A DNA stretch of 64,000 nucleotides from an uncultured Gammaproteobacteria bacterium (GCA_964635715.1 CAZWNZ010000003.1:37153-101152); one strand, 5' to 3'; shown: positions 1 through 10,299, counted from the stretch's first letter. Notes: generated from the sequence alone by a model not told the origin. Program-made: numbers and translations.

Positions 1-89
1 GGATATTTTTTGGGGTTTTTCCCGCCAGGCGAGCCGCCAGACTTTCTCCCATTGAGGCGATTAGGTATGAATAGTTTATAATCTTTTTT

Positions 90-575
90 ATGATATCTTG
101 TCAGTTTGAAAATGGAAGTAAAACACATTTAAGACATATTGTTACGGGTGTGATCATTGTTAAAGATCAAAAAGTCCTTCTCGAAAAGCGGGGGTTTTTC
201 AACGGAAAACCTTTATTGGAGTCAGGAAAATGGGCAATAATTGGCGGATATCTTGATATGAACGAAACTCTCGAGGAAGGTATCAGACGTGAGGTTCGTG
301 AAGAAACAGGGTATGAAATAGGGAATCTAAAACTTTTCCATATAAATGATAGTCCAAATAGGCGCAACGAAGATAGGCAAAATGTTGCCTTTAATTTTTT
401 TGCTACTGCCAAATCACAGTCTCCTGTCGAGTCGGAAGAAGTTATTGAGACTAAATGGTTTGATTTAGATGGTCTGCCCCCGAAAGAAGAAATAGCCTTT
501 GACCAGCATGATGAGTTGATGCTTTATAAAAAATACATAAAAGAAAAATTTCCTCTTCCCGTTGTTGGTCGATAG
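90..575 (+). CDS. NUDIX hydrolase
   Basis: Nudix box GX5EX7REUXEEXGU visible: GGYLDMNETLEEGIRREVREETGYEI. Confidence 0.8.
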   Translation: MISCQFENGSKTHLRHIVTGVIIVKDQKVLLEKRGFFNGKPLLESGKWAIIGGYLDMNETLEEGIRREVREETGYEIGNLKLFHINDSPNRRNEDRQNVAFNFFATAKSQSPVESEEVIETKWFDLDGLPPKEEIAFDQHDELMLYKKYIKEKFPLPVVGR

Positions 576-604
576 AAGATTATACCCACCCATTATTTCA
601 ACCA

Positions 605-1180
605 TTACCCTAATTTAAACCCTTGTGTAATTCCAAAGTTAACAAAACCGTTTACGTCTAATTTTGTTTCTGAAATTTTGGAATTTTTAAAGCCGGCTCC
701 TTCTGATTTTGCTCCAAGAAAATTAGTTTCCGTTAAATTGCATCTTTCGAAAATAGTTTCTCTTAAATCTGAACCCTCAAAACTTACTTTTTCCAAATCG
801 CAAAACATAAAAACCGACTTACTTAAATTTGCATTTGAAAAACTGCAAGATTTTAAATTAAATTTCTTTAATTCACTTTTACTGGCACCTTTTAGTTTTT
901 GGAAAATACAATTTTCAGTTAAAGATTCAGAAAAATCACAATTAATTAACGAAGTGTTAGAAAAATCAAGATTGCTCAATTTACTACCCGGAAATTTACA
1001 GTCAGAGAAGCTTACAAGTTCAAGAAAACTTTCGGAAAAGTCACAAGATTGAAAAACACAGCTTGAGAAATTTATAAATCTTAGGGTAATTCCAATAAAT
1101 TTGCACGATTCAAAAGTATTCTTTGCAAAATCCTGTCCACGAAGATCATTCTCCTTAAAAACCTTATTTTTTATGAGCAT
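605..1180 (-). CDS. pentapeptide-repeat protein
   Basis: Tandem A(D/N)LxX-type pentapeptides (FSNANLSKSVF, FEGSDLRETIFERCNLTETNF). The overlapping + ORF 678..1052 is its antisense shadow. Confidence 0.65.
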   Translation of the reverse strand: MLIKNKVFKENDLRGQDFAKNTFESCKFIGITLRFINFSSCVFQSCDFSESFLELVSFSDCKFPGSKLSNLDFSNTSLINCDFSESLTENCIFQKLKGASKSELKKFNLKSCSFSNANLSKSVFMFCDLEKVSFEGSDLRETIFERCNLTETNFLGAKSEGAGFKNSKISETKLDVNGFVNFGITQGFKLG

Positions 1181-1772
1181 TTAATCTTTTGTTACTTTCT
1201 TTAGCTAAAACAGAAATTTTTTCACCTAGCCAACTGGAAAGATATTTTACTTCTTGCCTATTCTTAATATCACCGTTAAATTTTATTGGTTTGCCGATAC
1301 TTATTGCATATGGTCCTTTAAGATACCATTTACCCCATTCTTCAATACCTTTAATTATGGATTTAATCCATCGGACATTCTGTTGCCTGACACCGATACC
1401 TATCGGGATAATTGGCTTACCCGATAAAATTGCGAGTCTTACTGCGCCGGTTTTTGGTTTTTCGATTTTATGTAAAAAACTACTTACACTTCCTTCTATA
1501 AAAACAATTACCGTAATGCCTTTTTTGAGCTTTGCGAGAGCTGCTTCAAACGCTTCTTTACCACTTTGTTTATTAACCGGAATATGTCCGGCAAGGTGTA
1601 AATATTTTCCAAACACCGGTACGTCAAACAAAACGTCTTTGATGAGCACTGCTGCTTGTCCATTAGAAATAGAAGTTAAAATAAACGGGTCCGTTGTTGT
1701 CGGATGGTTGGCAACAATTATTTTTGCACCGCGTGGAATATAGGAAAGTCTTTTTGCATCCATCCTAAACAT
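1164..1772 (-). CDS. plsC: 1-acyl-sn-glycerol-3-phosphate acyltransferase (lysophospholipid acyltransferase)
   Basis: HX4D-family acyltransferase signature region (IIVANHPTTTDPFIL) and FIEGSVS motif. The start is trimmed to the in-frame ATG at 1772 (MFRMDAKR); the upstream part of the track ORF reads as AT-rich non-coding. Confidence 0.7.
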   Translation of the reverse strand: MFRMDAKRLSYIPRGAKIIVANHPTTTDPFILTSISNGQAAVLIKDVLFDVPVFGKYLHLAGHIPVNKQSGKEAFEAALAKLKKGITVIVFIEGSVSSFLHKIEKPKTGAVRLAILSGKPIIPIGIGVRQQNVRWIKSIIKGIEEWGKWYLKGPYAISIGKPIKFNGDIKNRQEVKYLSSWLGEKISVLAKESNKRLNAHKK

Positions 1773-1920
1773 TATTTTTGAATATACGCTGACAATCAAA
1801 CTGCCTGAGTGGTATAAAACTTTTTTAATAGTGTTTCTAAAGACAAACAACATAAATATACTGTTGAAGTATAAGTATACGCTTTTTATGTGAAAATGTT
1901 GTTGACACATATTCACAACA

Positions 1921-2373
1921 ATGAGAAGATGTATCTCTATGGAAAATGTCGTGAAAGATAAAAAAATGAAAAGCGAACCCAGTGTGACCATCTTTGGACA
2001 TTCTTTGGACGATGAAGAAAAGATTGGAAAATCCAGAACGAAAACATATCTTGATGCAGAGAATTTTACATGGGGTTTTTTGTTCATATTTGCAGGAATA
2101 ATTTTCTTATTGAACACTTTTGGAATCCTTCCCTGGAATGTTTGGGGAACGATTAGTCATTTTTGGCCGGTTTTTCTGATACTTGTTGGAGTTGACATGA
2201 TCTTTGGAAAATCCCTAGTAGCAAAAATAATAGGTCTTAATTTTAAAGTTTTGACTTTTCTGGTAGTATTGGGAGTTGCTTTGACGGCAGTAGCCCCTCA
2301 GACAATATCTTGGCTTCCGATTGAAATAACAAATTTTTTTAATAACATAGTTTTATATTTACAAGTAAAATGA
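1921..2373 (+). CDS. polytopic membrane protein (LiaF-like N-terminal TM module)
   Basis: Several hydrophobic helices. Its stop overlaps the start of the next ORF in an ATGA arrangement (translational coupling). Confidence 0.4.
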   Translation: MRRCISMENVVKDKKMKSEPSVTIFGHSLDDEEKIGKSRTKTYLDAENFTWGFLFIFAGIIFLLNTFGILPWNVWGTISHFWPVFLILVGVDMIFGKSLVAKIIGLNFKVLTFLVVLGVALTAVAPQTISWLPIEITNFFNNIVLYLQVK

Positions 2374-2870
2374 GAGCAAGCATGATTTTCGGCATAATAA
2401 TAGTAATATTCGGTTTGAATATTCTTTTTGACTTCCCGTTTTTTGAGGCTATTTTTGCATTATTTATTATTTGGATTGGTTACAGAATGATTGTGAAAAG
2501 CCACAATGATTCCGGTTCGAATGAGGGAAAAGATCTGAGTGAGGATTTTCTGAATAAAGTTCTTGTTTTCTCCGGGTTGGAAACAAAATTTTCAAGCAAA
2601 GATTTTAAAGGTGGAGAACTGGTGACCGTTTTTGGAGGGATAGATATAGATGCAACAAATTCGTCATCAAAAGAAAAAGAGATCAATTTAGATATGACCG
2701 CGGTATTTGGCGGAATTACAATTAAAGTTCCAAAAAATTGGAAGGTAAAATGTGAAGGATTTGCGTTGTTTGGTGGATATGACAATAAGACAGAAAATCC
2801 TTCAAAGCCTTCGCTTATTGTTAATGTTAGAGGCACTGCCATCTTCGGTGGTGTTGAAATTATAAACTAG
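2370..2870 (+). CDS. LiaF-like / DUF2154-type cell-wall-stress response domain protein
   Basis: N-terminal TM helix, then repeated hFGG motifs (VTVFGGIDID, TAVFGGITIK, FALFGGYD, TAIFGGVEI) typical of the LiaF C-terminal domain. Confidence 0.5.
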   Translation: MRASMIFGIIIVIFGLNILFDFPFFEAIFALFIIWIGYRMIVKSHNDSGSNEGKDLSEDFLNKVLVFSGLETKFSSKDFKGGELVTVFGGIDIDATNSSSKEKEINLDMTAVFGGITIKVPKNWKVKCEGFALFGGYDNKTENPSKPSLIVNVRGTAIFGGVEIIN

Positions 2871-2943
2871 ACAGTTCCTCTTGTTCCCTGAATCAATTAA
2901 CTACTACATAATATTTCATCAAGACATAATATAATTAATACAC

Positions 2944-3924
2944 ATGCCCACAGCTCGCAAAATAATTATTATCACTTCCTTCATTTTTGTTGCTTTTGCT
3001 GCTTTTGTTACATCAAAATCCAAAACGAATTCTCTTTCTATGGAGGACTTAAAAAAAGGGAAATACCCGGGAAGCGATATAAAAGTAGAGGAGACGCTAA
3101 CTTCCGAAAAAGCATATAACCGTTACATAGTTTCTTATTATTCTCAGAGCCTAAAACTTTTTGCATTACTTCTTGTTCCCAACACTACCAAACCTCAAAA
3201 TGGTTTTCCCGTAATAATTTTGAACCACGGTTACATAATTCCGGATAAATATACTCCGGAAGGGAATTACATTCCGTACTACGACGCTTTTGCAAATGCC
3301 GGCTATATAGTGTTCAAGCCGGATTACCGCGGTCACGGAAAATCGCAAGGTTTCCCAACCAGCGCGTATTATTCCTCAGACTATGTGGTAGATACTCTAA
3401 ATGCTATTTCTTCTATAAAAAAATATCCTGGAGTAGATCCCGCCGGAATTGGTATTTGGGGACATTCAATGGGGGGGAATATTTCTCTAAAAGTTGTGGA
3501 AATCTCCGATGATGTAAAAGCTCTTTCTATTTGGTCAGGGGTCGTTGCACCTATTGATGATATTATTTACAACTGGCAAAAGAGAGTTTCCTACAAACCC
3601 GATCCACTTGATTTTGAACTTAGAAACGATAATTTGGATATACTTTTGCAGAAATATGGAACACCATCGGAAAACCCCGAATTTTGGGACAAAATTGATC
3701 CAAATTACTACCTATCTGGCATAAACATTCCTGTTCAAATACATGTTGGTCTTGCCGATACTCAAGTACCATCCGATTTTTCCAAAGGTCTTTATGAGAG
3801 ATTAAATAAATTTGGGAAAAATGCTGAATACTTTGAATACGAAGGAGCTAACCATGATATCAACCAAAGTTTTGATAAAGCAATGCAAAAAACAATAGAA
3901 TTTTTTGATTTGTATTTAAAATAA
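2944..3924 (+). CDS. alpha/beta-hydrolase (S9 peptidase / dienelactone hydrolase-like), secreted or membrane anchored
   Basis: N-terminal hydrophobic segment and a GHSMGG nucleophile elbow (GxSxG). Confidence 0.65.
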   Translation: MPTARKIIIITSFIFVAFAAFVTSKSKTNSLSMEDLKKGKYPGSDIKVEETLTSEKAYNRYIVSYYSQSLKLFALLLVPNTTKPQNGFPVIILNHGYIIPDKYTPEGNYIPYYDAFANAGYIVFKPDYRGHGKSQGFPTSAYYSSDYVVDTLNAISSIKKYPGVDPAGIGIWGHSMGGNISLKVVEISDDVKALSIWSGVVAPIDDIIYNWQKRVSYKPDPLDFELRNDNLDILLQKYGTPSENPEFWDKIDPNYYLSGINIPVQIHVGLADTQVPSDFSKGLYERLNKFGKNAEYFEYEGANHDINQSFDKAMQKTIEFFDLYLK

Positions 3925-3965
3925 TCCTATTTCAAAATGAATGGTTTTGGCTATAATCCTTTTAA

Positions 3966-4997
3966 ATGAGAGAGCGCATCAAATCAATCGATTTTCTAAG
4001 GATTTTTGCCATTTTGGGGGTGCTTCTTATACACACCACAACCAGGACTTTGGAAGCCTCAAATTTTGATTTAATCGGATTTTCCTGGACTCTTTTTTTA
4101 AATCAAGCGGTACGTTTTGCGGTTCCATTATTTTTTATTATCTCAGGCTTTGTTCTGGAAGTAAGTTGGCGGGATGAAAGTTATTGGAAATTTATTAAAA
4201 GACGTTTTTCAAAAATTCTTATCCCCTATATTTTCTGGAGCCTTATCTACTATTTTTTTGTTTACAATCAGAACCACGATAACATTGCCAAAGTGCTTCT
4301 GACAGGGAACGCTTCCTACCAGCTTTATTTCATCCCGTCTCTTTGTGTGTTTTATCTGATTTTCCCTTTTTTGCACAAGTATTATAAATTGATTTCAAAT
4401 AAATTTATTTTAATTTTTTTGGCTGTTTCTCAGCTTTATTTTCAATACCGCGATTATTATGTCAGATATCTTGATTTTGATGACCCCTTCCGCATCGTCA
4501 TTCTTGCATATTTCTTTTTTATCATAGGAATTGTAGCTGCCCGCAGCAAGGAAAAAATTAATTTATTTGTCCATAAATGGAAGTACGTTTTAGTACCTCT
4601 GGCGGTTGCCAATTGTATTTATGTTTTTTGGGAGGGAAAAGTTAGGTATTTGACAACCGGAAATTATCTTTCTTACTACTCCCAATGGCGGCCGAGCGTA
4701 TTCATTTATACTTTTTTAATGGGTCTTACGCTGTTTCGGCTTTTTAATAAAACCAAATTCCAAACATTTATTATAGAAAAACTTTCTAAAATTTCTTTTC
4801 TTGTTTTTTTCAACCATGTAATTTTTTTGGAAATAACATGGCGATTCATTGGGGTATATATATTTAGTTTGATTGGTGGCAGTCTTTTGGGAAAAATTAT
4901 TTTTGATTCGATATTCTTTTTTATAGTTTTTTCGATTTCATTTATAATTTCCTTTTTTCTTCATAAGATTCCTAAAGCAGAAAGGATAATAGGTTGA
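3966..4997 (+). CDS. acyltransferase family 3 (OafA/YrhL-like) membrane protein
   Basis: IDFLRIFAILGVLLIHT N-terminal signature and a polytopic hydrophobic profile. Confidence 0.7.
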   Translation: MRERIKSIDFLRIFAILGVLLIHTTTRTLEASNFDLIGFSWTLFLNQAVRFAVPLFFIISGFVLEVSWRDESYWKFIKRRFSKILIPYIFWSLIYYFFVYNQNHDNIAKVLLTGNASYQLYFIPSLCVFYLIFPFLHKYYKLISNKFILIFLAVSQLYFQYRDYYVRYLDFDDPFRIVILAYFFFIIGIVAARSKEKINLFVHKWKYVLVPLAVANCIYVFWEGKVRYLTTGNYLSYYSQWRPSVFIYTFLMGLTLFRLFNKTKFQTFIIEKLSKISFLVFFNHVIFLEITWRFIGVYIFSLIGGSLLGKIIFDSIFFFIVFSISFIISFFLHKIPKAERIIG

Positions 4998-5034
4998 TCT
5001 GGTGGAGAAGCCTCCAATATGTTAGCCTTAATTT

Positions 5035-6210
5035 ATGAAAGTAATATTAAAGAGGATGGGAAAGGTAATTTTTTTAACATTAGTTTTTATTGCCGGGTTT
5101 CTGGTTGCGAAAAATTATGTATTACCCAAAATTGCAGGTGAGAGTGTAACGATAGAAAACATTGTTTTGCCAAGAAAAGAGGTCAATGGATTTTTACCAT
5201 ATTGGTTGATTAATAAAGCGGATGCCGACTATTCGAAGTATATTACTAATCTTACTTATTTTAGTTTATCGGTTGGCGAGGACGGATCAATTGCAAAGTA
5301 TACAAATCCCGGGGAAAGCGAACCTGGTTACTACTCCCTGATGAGTGGAAAAGCAGACGCTATTCTGCAAAGCGCAAAAGACAATGATGTCGATTTGTCC
5401 CTGTCGGTTTTTAGCGGTGATAACGAGGTAATTACTCAGATGTTAAATGATCCGGAGACGAGTGCAAAAAATTTGATTGAGAGTGTTACCCCAATAATGC
5501 AGGAATATGGTTTTACCGAACTCAATTTGGATATAGAGCAGCCGAGTGACGCATCTGCCGAAGCCAGACTTAAATTTACACAATTTGTAAAGTCGGTTAG
5601 AAAAAATGTTGATTCGGAAAAAATAAACACTTTGTCAATTGATGTCTCTGCCTCCTCTTTTGTAAAAGAAACGAACCTTGCCGATCCTGCATCTTTTGTT
5701 GAATATGTCGATAAAATAATAATTATGGCCTATGATTATCATTACACAGGGTCATACGTTACTGGTCCTGTGGCTCCTATCTCAGGTGCCGGTATAATTT
5801 CTGAGTTTGATACTGAAGCGGCCGTAGCAGCAGCACTTAAGGTTTATCCTGCCAAAAAAATTATTCTGGGAATACCACTATACGGATATTCCTGGGAAAC
5901 GATCGGGTACACACCACGATCGGCAGTAATACCCGCGTCAGGATTTTCCATAAGCAGTCAAAAGGTTGAAGAGTTTTTAGCCGGGTGCTCAGCTTGTAGC
6001 GCCACCTTTGATGATGTAGACAAAGAAAGTTATGTTATCTATAGGGATCAGGAAACGGGTACATATCACCAGATTTTTTACCCGACAGAAGAATCAACAA
6101 ATTACAAAATCAAGTTGGCAAAACAAAATTCGATTGCAGGTCTAGCACTTTGGGCATTGGGTTATGAGGACTCAACTATTTTAGCACCCCTTGCCTCGTA
6201 CCATAATTAA
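5035..6210 (+). CDS. glycoside hydrolase family 18-like (chitinase/peptidoglycan hydrolase-like), secreted
   Basis: N-terminal TM/signal segment, an LNLDIEQP segment matching the GH18 DxDxE catalytic motif, and MAYDYHY. Confidence 0.6.
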   Translation: MKVILKRMGKVIFLTLVFIAGFLVAKNYVLPKIAGESVTIENIVLPRKEVNGFLPYWLINKADADYSKYITNLTYFSLSVGEDGSIAKYTNPGESEPGYYSLMSGKADAILQSAKDNDVDLSLSVFSGDNEVITQMLNDPETSAKNLIESVTPIMQEYGFTELNLDIEQPSDASAEARLKFTQFVKSVRKNVDSEKINTLSIDVSASSFVKETNLADPASFVEYVDKIIIMAYDYHYTGSYVTGPVAPISGAGIISEFDTEAAVAAALKVYPAKKIILGIPLYGYSWETIGYTPRSAVIPASGFSISSQKVEEFLAGCSACSATFDDVDKESYVIYRDQETGTYHQIFYPTEESTNYKIKLAKQNSIAGLALWALGYEDSTILAPLASYHN

Positions 6211-6838
6211 AGGTGTAAGTTTGTCCGTTCTTTGCTTCCACTGTATGACTGACCAATTCTTTGTCATTATAAGCAAAAATTGCATTGCCGGTGATTACCG
6301 ATATAGTGATGGTGGATTTTTCGCTGTCCCTGACAATTTTTATGTCTCCATCAAATTGAGTCAACAGATATGAGGTTCTAACAGTTATAGGATTCTCTCC
6401 GAGATTACTGTAAGTCACTGTCCCGTCTATCTGTGAGAAAACAATGTTTTTGGGAAGCGTCTGGATAACATCTATTTCTGTATTTTCAATAATATCTACA
6501 ATACAGACACCCAAGAAAGTCAAAGTAAAACTGCCATCCTCGCCTGTAAATAAATTTTCACCTTGTTGGATTTCAATGGGGGAATTTATTTTTGCAGCCT
6601 CCGTTGCCATTCTGGCTTGCCATTTAATTTCTCCATCCATGTCAGAGATGTTTCCTTTTAATGATTGGCTTGGTGCTTTTTCCAAAGAAAAACTCGAAAC
6701 ATATGTTTTTATATTTTCCCTTTCCCCCATAGGGGTTGAAGAAGGTGTTGAATGTGTGATCTGTTTATATAAAACAAATATCCCCCCTCCTATAGCCACC
6801 AGCAGTAAAATAGTAATGAAATATATATTTTTCCTCAT
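6176..6838 (-). CDS. hypothetical secreted/membrane-anchored protein
   Basis: N-terminal TM helix and no recognisable motif. It overlaps the GH18 gene 3' end convergently by about 35 nt. Confidence 0.4.
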   Translation of the reverse strand: MRKNIYFITILLLVAIGGGIFVLYKQITHSTPSSTPMGERENIKTYVSSFSLEKAPSQSLKGNISDMDGEIKWQARMATEAAKINSPIEIQQGENLFTGEDGSFTLTFLGVCIVDIIENTEIDVIQTLPKNIVFSQIDGTVTYSNLGENPITVRTSYLLTQFDGDIKIVRDSEKSTITISVITGNAIFAYNDKELVSHTVEAKNGQTYTFNYGTRQGVLK

Positions 6839-6880
6839 GACGACAAACCTTTCTTAATTATACTAACTAAACTATAATCA

Positions 6881-7684
6881 TTGGATATGAAAAGTACCGG
6901 AAATATTATTTCTGTTAAAAATTTAACTAAAAAATTTAAAGATTTTGAAGCTGTAGACGGCATCTCCTTTAATGTAAAAAAGGGTGAAATATTCGCATTT
7001 CTTGGGCCAAATGGTGCAGGTAAAAGTACTACAATCAAGATTTTAACAACGCTTCTTAATCCAACAAAGGGGGAGGTCAAGGTAAATGGTTTTGATTTGA
7101 AAGATAAAGATTTGATAAGACACTCTTTTGGTATAGTTTTTCAAGATCAATCACTGGATGAAGATTTGACCGCTTGGGAAAATATGTACTTTCATGCAAT
7201 GCTTTACAAAATTTCCCAAAAGGATAGAAAAGACAGAATTGAAGAACTTTTAAAATTTGTTGAACTTCTGGATAATAAAGACAAACTGGTTAAGGATTTT
7301 TCCGGCGGAATGAAAAGAAGGCTTGAAATTGCAAGAGGTCTTTTACACCACCCTAAGATATTATTTTTGGATGAGCCAACTCTAGGATTGGATCCCCAAA
7401 CCAAAAATCGTATGTGGGAATATATAAAAAAGGTAAACGAAACTGAAGGTATGACAGTATTTTTTACTACTCATTATATGGAAGAAGCCGAAAAAATTGC
7501 TCAAAGGATTGCCATAATAGATCGTGGAAAAATTGTTGCAGAGGGAACAAGTAAGGAACTCGAGGAATTAACGGAAACTAAAAATTTAGAAGATGCTTTC
7601 CTTTGTCTCACAGGTCATGAGATCAGGGAAGAATCCGGAAACTTCCTTGACGGTATGAGACATAGAAGAAAAATGCACCCCTAA
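6881..7684 (+). CDS. ABC transporter ATP-binding protein
   Basis: Walker A GPNGAGKST, signature SGGMKRR, Walker B LFLDEPT. Confidence 0.85.
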   Translation: MDMKSTGNIISVKNLTKKFKDFEAVDGISFNVKKGEIFAFLGPNGAGKSTTIKILTTLLNPTKGEVKVNGFDLKDKDLIRHSFGIVFQDQSLDEDLTAWENMYFHAMLYKISQKDRKDRIEELLKFVELLDNKDKLVKDFSGGMKRRLEIARGLLHHPKILFLDEPTLGLDPQTKNRMWEYIKKVNETEGMTVFFTTHYMEEAEKIAQRIAIIDRGKIVAEGTSKELEELTETKNLEDAFLCLTGHEIREESGNFLDGMRHRRKMHP

Positions 7685-7691
7685 AAAAATT

Positions 7692-8438
7692 ATGGAAACA
7701 ATTTATGTTCTTTGGCTAAGACAAGTTAAAAAGTATTTTAGATCCAAATCCAGGATTATTGGCTCTTTAGGTCAACCACTTCTTCTTTTAATAGCATTTG
7801 GTTATGGATTTGGATCTATTTATCAAAAAGCAAATGGGGGGAATTATATAAATTTTTTGGCACCGGGAATAATACTTATGAGTGTTCTCTCAACTGCCAT
7901 GTTTTCCGGAATTGATATTATTTGGGACAGACAATTTGGATTTTTGAAAGAAACTTTAGTTGCACCGGTTTCCAGAATGCAGATAGTTTTGGGCAAAACA
8001 TTAGGGGCTGCAACTGTTGCAATTATTCAAGGAGTTATTGTACTTCTTCTTTCAATGTTGGTTGGTTTTCGTCCACAAAGTGCTTTTGCCATTTTTCCAG
8101 CCCTAGGATTTTCTCTTTTGGTTGCAATTCTTTTTTCGTCACTAGGTACTGCTATAGCATCTCTTCTTGAAGATATGCAGGGATTCCAACTTATTATGAA
8201 TTTTCTTATTATGCCTATACAATTTTTATCCGGTGCATTTTTTCCACTTGAAGGACTACCAAAAGCAATTGAGATGTTTGTAAAAATTAATCCTTTGACC
8301 TACGGAGTTGATGGTCTTCGTGGGGCATTGGGTGGAGTGTATACATATAGTCCCAGTTTAGATTTTGTAGTACTCGCGGCTGTTACCACAATTTTACTTT
8401 TTGTCGGCAGCTACTTATTCTCCAAGATACAGATTTAA
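7692..8438 (+). CDS. ABC-2 family transporter permease
   Basis: Six hydrophobic helices immediately downstream of the ABC ATPase. Confidence 0.7.
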   Translation: METIYVLWLRQVKKYFRSKSRIIGSLGQPLLLLIAFGYGFGSIYQKANGGNYINFLAPGIILMSVLSTAMFSGIDIIWDRQFGFLKETLVAPVSRMQIVLGKTLGAATVAIIQGVIVLLLSMLVGFRPQSAFAIFPALGFSLLVAILFSSLGTAIASLLEDMQGFQLIMNFLIMPIQFLSGAFFPLEGLPKAIEMFVKINPLTYGVDGLRGALGGVYTYSPSLDFVVLAAVTTILLFVGSYLFSKIQI

Positions 8439-8648
8439 TATTAACTGAGGGCCCGGGTAATGGCTTCTTTTATGTTTCTTCCGGAGAACCAACCATTTAA
8501 AAATACAATAGCGTGCTTATTTTGATTGCATTTTTTAAGATAATATTTGTTAATATGCCCACCCTTTTTAAGGAGAACTTGGGCAAGCTCGTGTACCGAA
8601 AAATTGTTGAATATGCTTAATTATAACATAATTAATATTTAAATATTT

Positions 8649-9200
8649 TTAAGGTATGCAGTTAGGCCAAATTCCATTTTTTCCTTTTGATAGGGCATAA
8701 GAGGCAGTTTGTACTGATTCCTCGGCAGAATATCTGAGATCTGGATTTGTATCTTCTCCGATTTCAGCTCTTAGGTTTTTCCAGGTTGTCGATCCAAATT
8801 GGTAAAGTCCCGCATATCCCGCATTTTCTGCATTAGATCTAAATCCTGATTCACAGATAGCTATATATCTAAGAACGTTTGTATCTACTCCATATTGTGC
8901 CGCAAATCTATCGATAAAAGCATTGACTTCGGATGAGGAAGCCGGAGTACTTGCCGGTAGCGGGTTTGGCGATTCAGTCATTTTTGGTTCAGGAGAAGAG
9001 ACTTTAGGGGAAGGAGATGGTGCTGAAGAAGGTGTTGTTTTGGGTGTTGGGGTTATTGCTTCAATTGGGGAAGGACTTGGTATAAATGTTTCTTCCCCCA
9101 TACCTAAGACATCCCTTCCGGATCTTTTTCCAAGAATATACATACCTGTCAGATACAGCAGTGAAATGAGAGCAAGGATAAAGTATAGTCTGTTTTTCAT
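8649..9200 (-). CDS. transglycosylase-like (Rpf/SLT-like) domain protein with Pro/Ser/Thr-rich linker
   Basis: N-terminal TM helix, a PT-rich spacer, and a C-terminal CESGFRSN..GLYQFGSTTW motif of the transglycosylase-like domain. Confidence 0.6.
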   Translation of the reverse strand: MKNRLYFILALISLLYLTGMYILGKRSGRDVLGMGEETFIPSPSPIEAITPTPKTTPSSAPSPSPKVSSPEPKMTESPNPLPASTPASSSEVNAFIDRFAAQYGVDTNVLRYIAICESGFRSNAENAGYAGLYQFGSTTWKNLRAEIGEDTNPDLRYSAEESVQTASYALSKGKNGIWPNCIP

Positions 9201-9250
9201 TTGCCAAATTGTAGCTTAGTAAATAGGCAAATGCACGATATAATGTTTAT

Positions 9251-10063
9251 ATGTCAGAGATTAAAAGAAAAACTGTTGGGTTGGCACTTGGGAGCGGTGG
9301 TTGGAGAGGCCTTGCCCACCTTGGGGTGATAAAAGAATTCAGAAAAGAAGGAATACCTATAGATTACATTGCCGGTTGTAGCGCCGGTTCATTGATAGGA
9401 GGACTTTATAGTTATTTTGGCGATACGGATGAGATTGAAGAAATTGTTAACAATCTTACTTATCGTTCGCTTTTTGAAATTTTACTTGATCCTGTGCGTC
9501 AGGCGGGCATTATCGGCGGTGCAAAATATCTGCGATTTATTGAAAAATATATCGGAAATGTGGAAATTCAAGATCTTGGTACAAAATTTACGGCTGTTTG
9601 TACAGATTTGATTGATGGAAAAACTGTCGAACTGGATACAGGTAGGCTGAGTACTGCAATTCGCGCAAGTTCTTCTATTCCGGTAGTTTTTCAACCTGTA
9701 TTGGTTGATGGAAAAACATTGGTTGATGGGGCAAATGTAATGCCGGTACCTGTTCAGACTGCCCGTAAAATGGGCGCAGACATAGTTGTTGCCGTAAATC
9801 TTTATGACAATATTTTTCCATTTAAAATGGAATATCTTAGAAAACAAAAATTAACACCCATGACGATTAGTAGAATTGCCTATCAAATGCTTCTTTACAC
9901 TCTTGCAAAAAACAACTGCAAGGATGCTGATTTTGTTATCAACCCAAAAATTTGGGAAGGGAGTTTTGGTATTTTTAAGAAGTTTATAAATAATAATGCA
10001 ACTATTGAAGATGGAGAAATGGCTGCCAAAGAGATAATTCCTAAAATAAAAAAACTGCTTTAG
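9251..10063 (+). CDS. patatin-like phospholipase
   Basis: GSGGWRG (GxGxxG), GCSAGS (GxSxG nucleophile) and a DGA catalytic Asp motif. Confidence 0.8.
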   Translation: MSEIKRKTVGLALGSGGWRGLAHLGVIKEFRKEGIPIDYIAGCSAGSLIGGLYSYFGDTDEIEEIVNNLTYRSLFEILLDPVRQAGIIGGAKYLRFIEKYIGNVEIQDLGTKFTAVCTDLIDGKTVELDTGRLSTAIRASSSIPVVFQPVLVDGKTLVDGANVMPVPVQTARKMGADIVVAVNLYDNIFPFKMEYLRKQKLTPMTISRIAYQMLLYTLAKNNCKDADFVINPKIWEGSFGIFKKFINNNATIEDGEMAAKEIIPKIKKLL

Positions 10064-10068
10064 AGAAT

Positions 10069-10275
10069 TTACTTACTTTTTTTTGAAAAAGAATCTCCTT
10101 CAGGTATCACTAGCCAGCAAATAAGATAGGGTAGTATTCCGGGAATTCCTCCGGGGATAAGCAAAAGCACCCAAATAAGACGGACTAAAACAACATCAAT
10201 TTTGAAATAATCTGCCAGACCTATTGCCACCCCGCCTATTATTCTTCCTTCAATCGGTCTTCTTAACTTTTTCAT
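10069..10275 (-). CDS. PspC-domain membrane protein
   Basis: GGVAIGLADYFKIDVVLVRLIWVLL PspC signature in a 68-aa membrane protein. Confidence 0.65.
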   Translation of the reverse strand: MKKLRRPIEGRIIGGVAIGLADYFKIDVVLVRLIWVLLLIPGGIPGILPYLICWLVIPEGDSFSKKSK

Positions 10276-10299
10276 GAACTAATTTTAACATTAATATTT

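Noticed and set aside
678-1052. 124-aa + strand ORF
   Set aside because: Antisense shadow of the pentapeptide-repeat gene. Its repetitiveness mirrors the repeats on the other strand.
1189-1743. 184-aa + strand ORF
   Set aside because: Fully antisense to plsC, which has clear acyltransferase motifs; no motifs of its own.
1773-2117. N-terminal 115 aa of the 317-aa minus-strand track ORF
   Set aside because: Translation is AT-rich low-complexity (FIFLSFTTFSI...) and lies in the divergent promoter region. The real plsC start is the internal Met at 1772.
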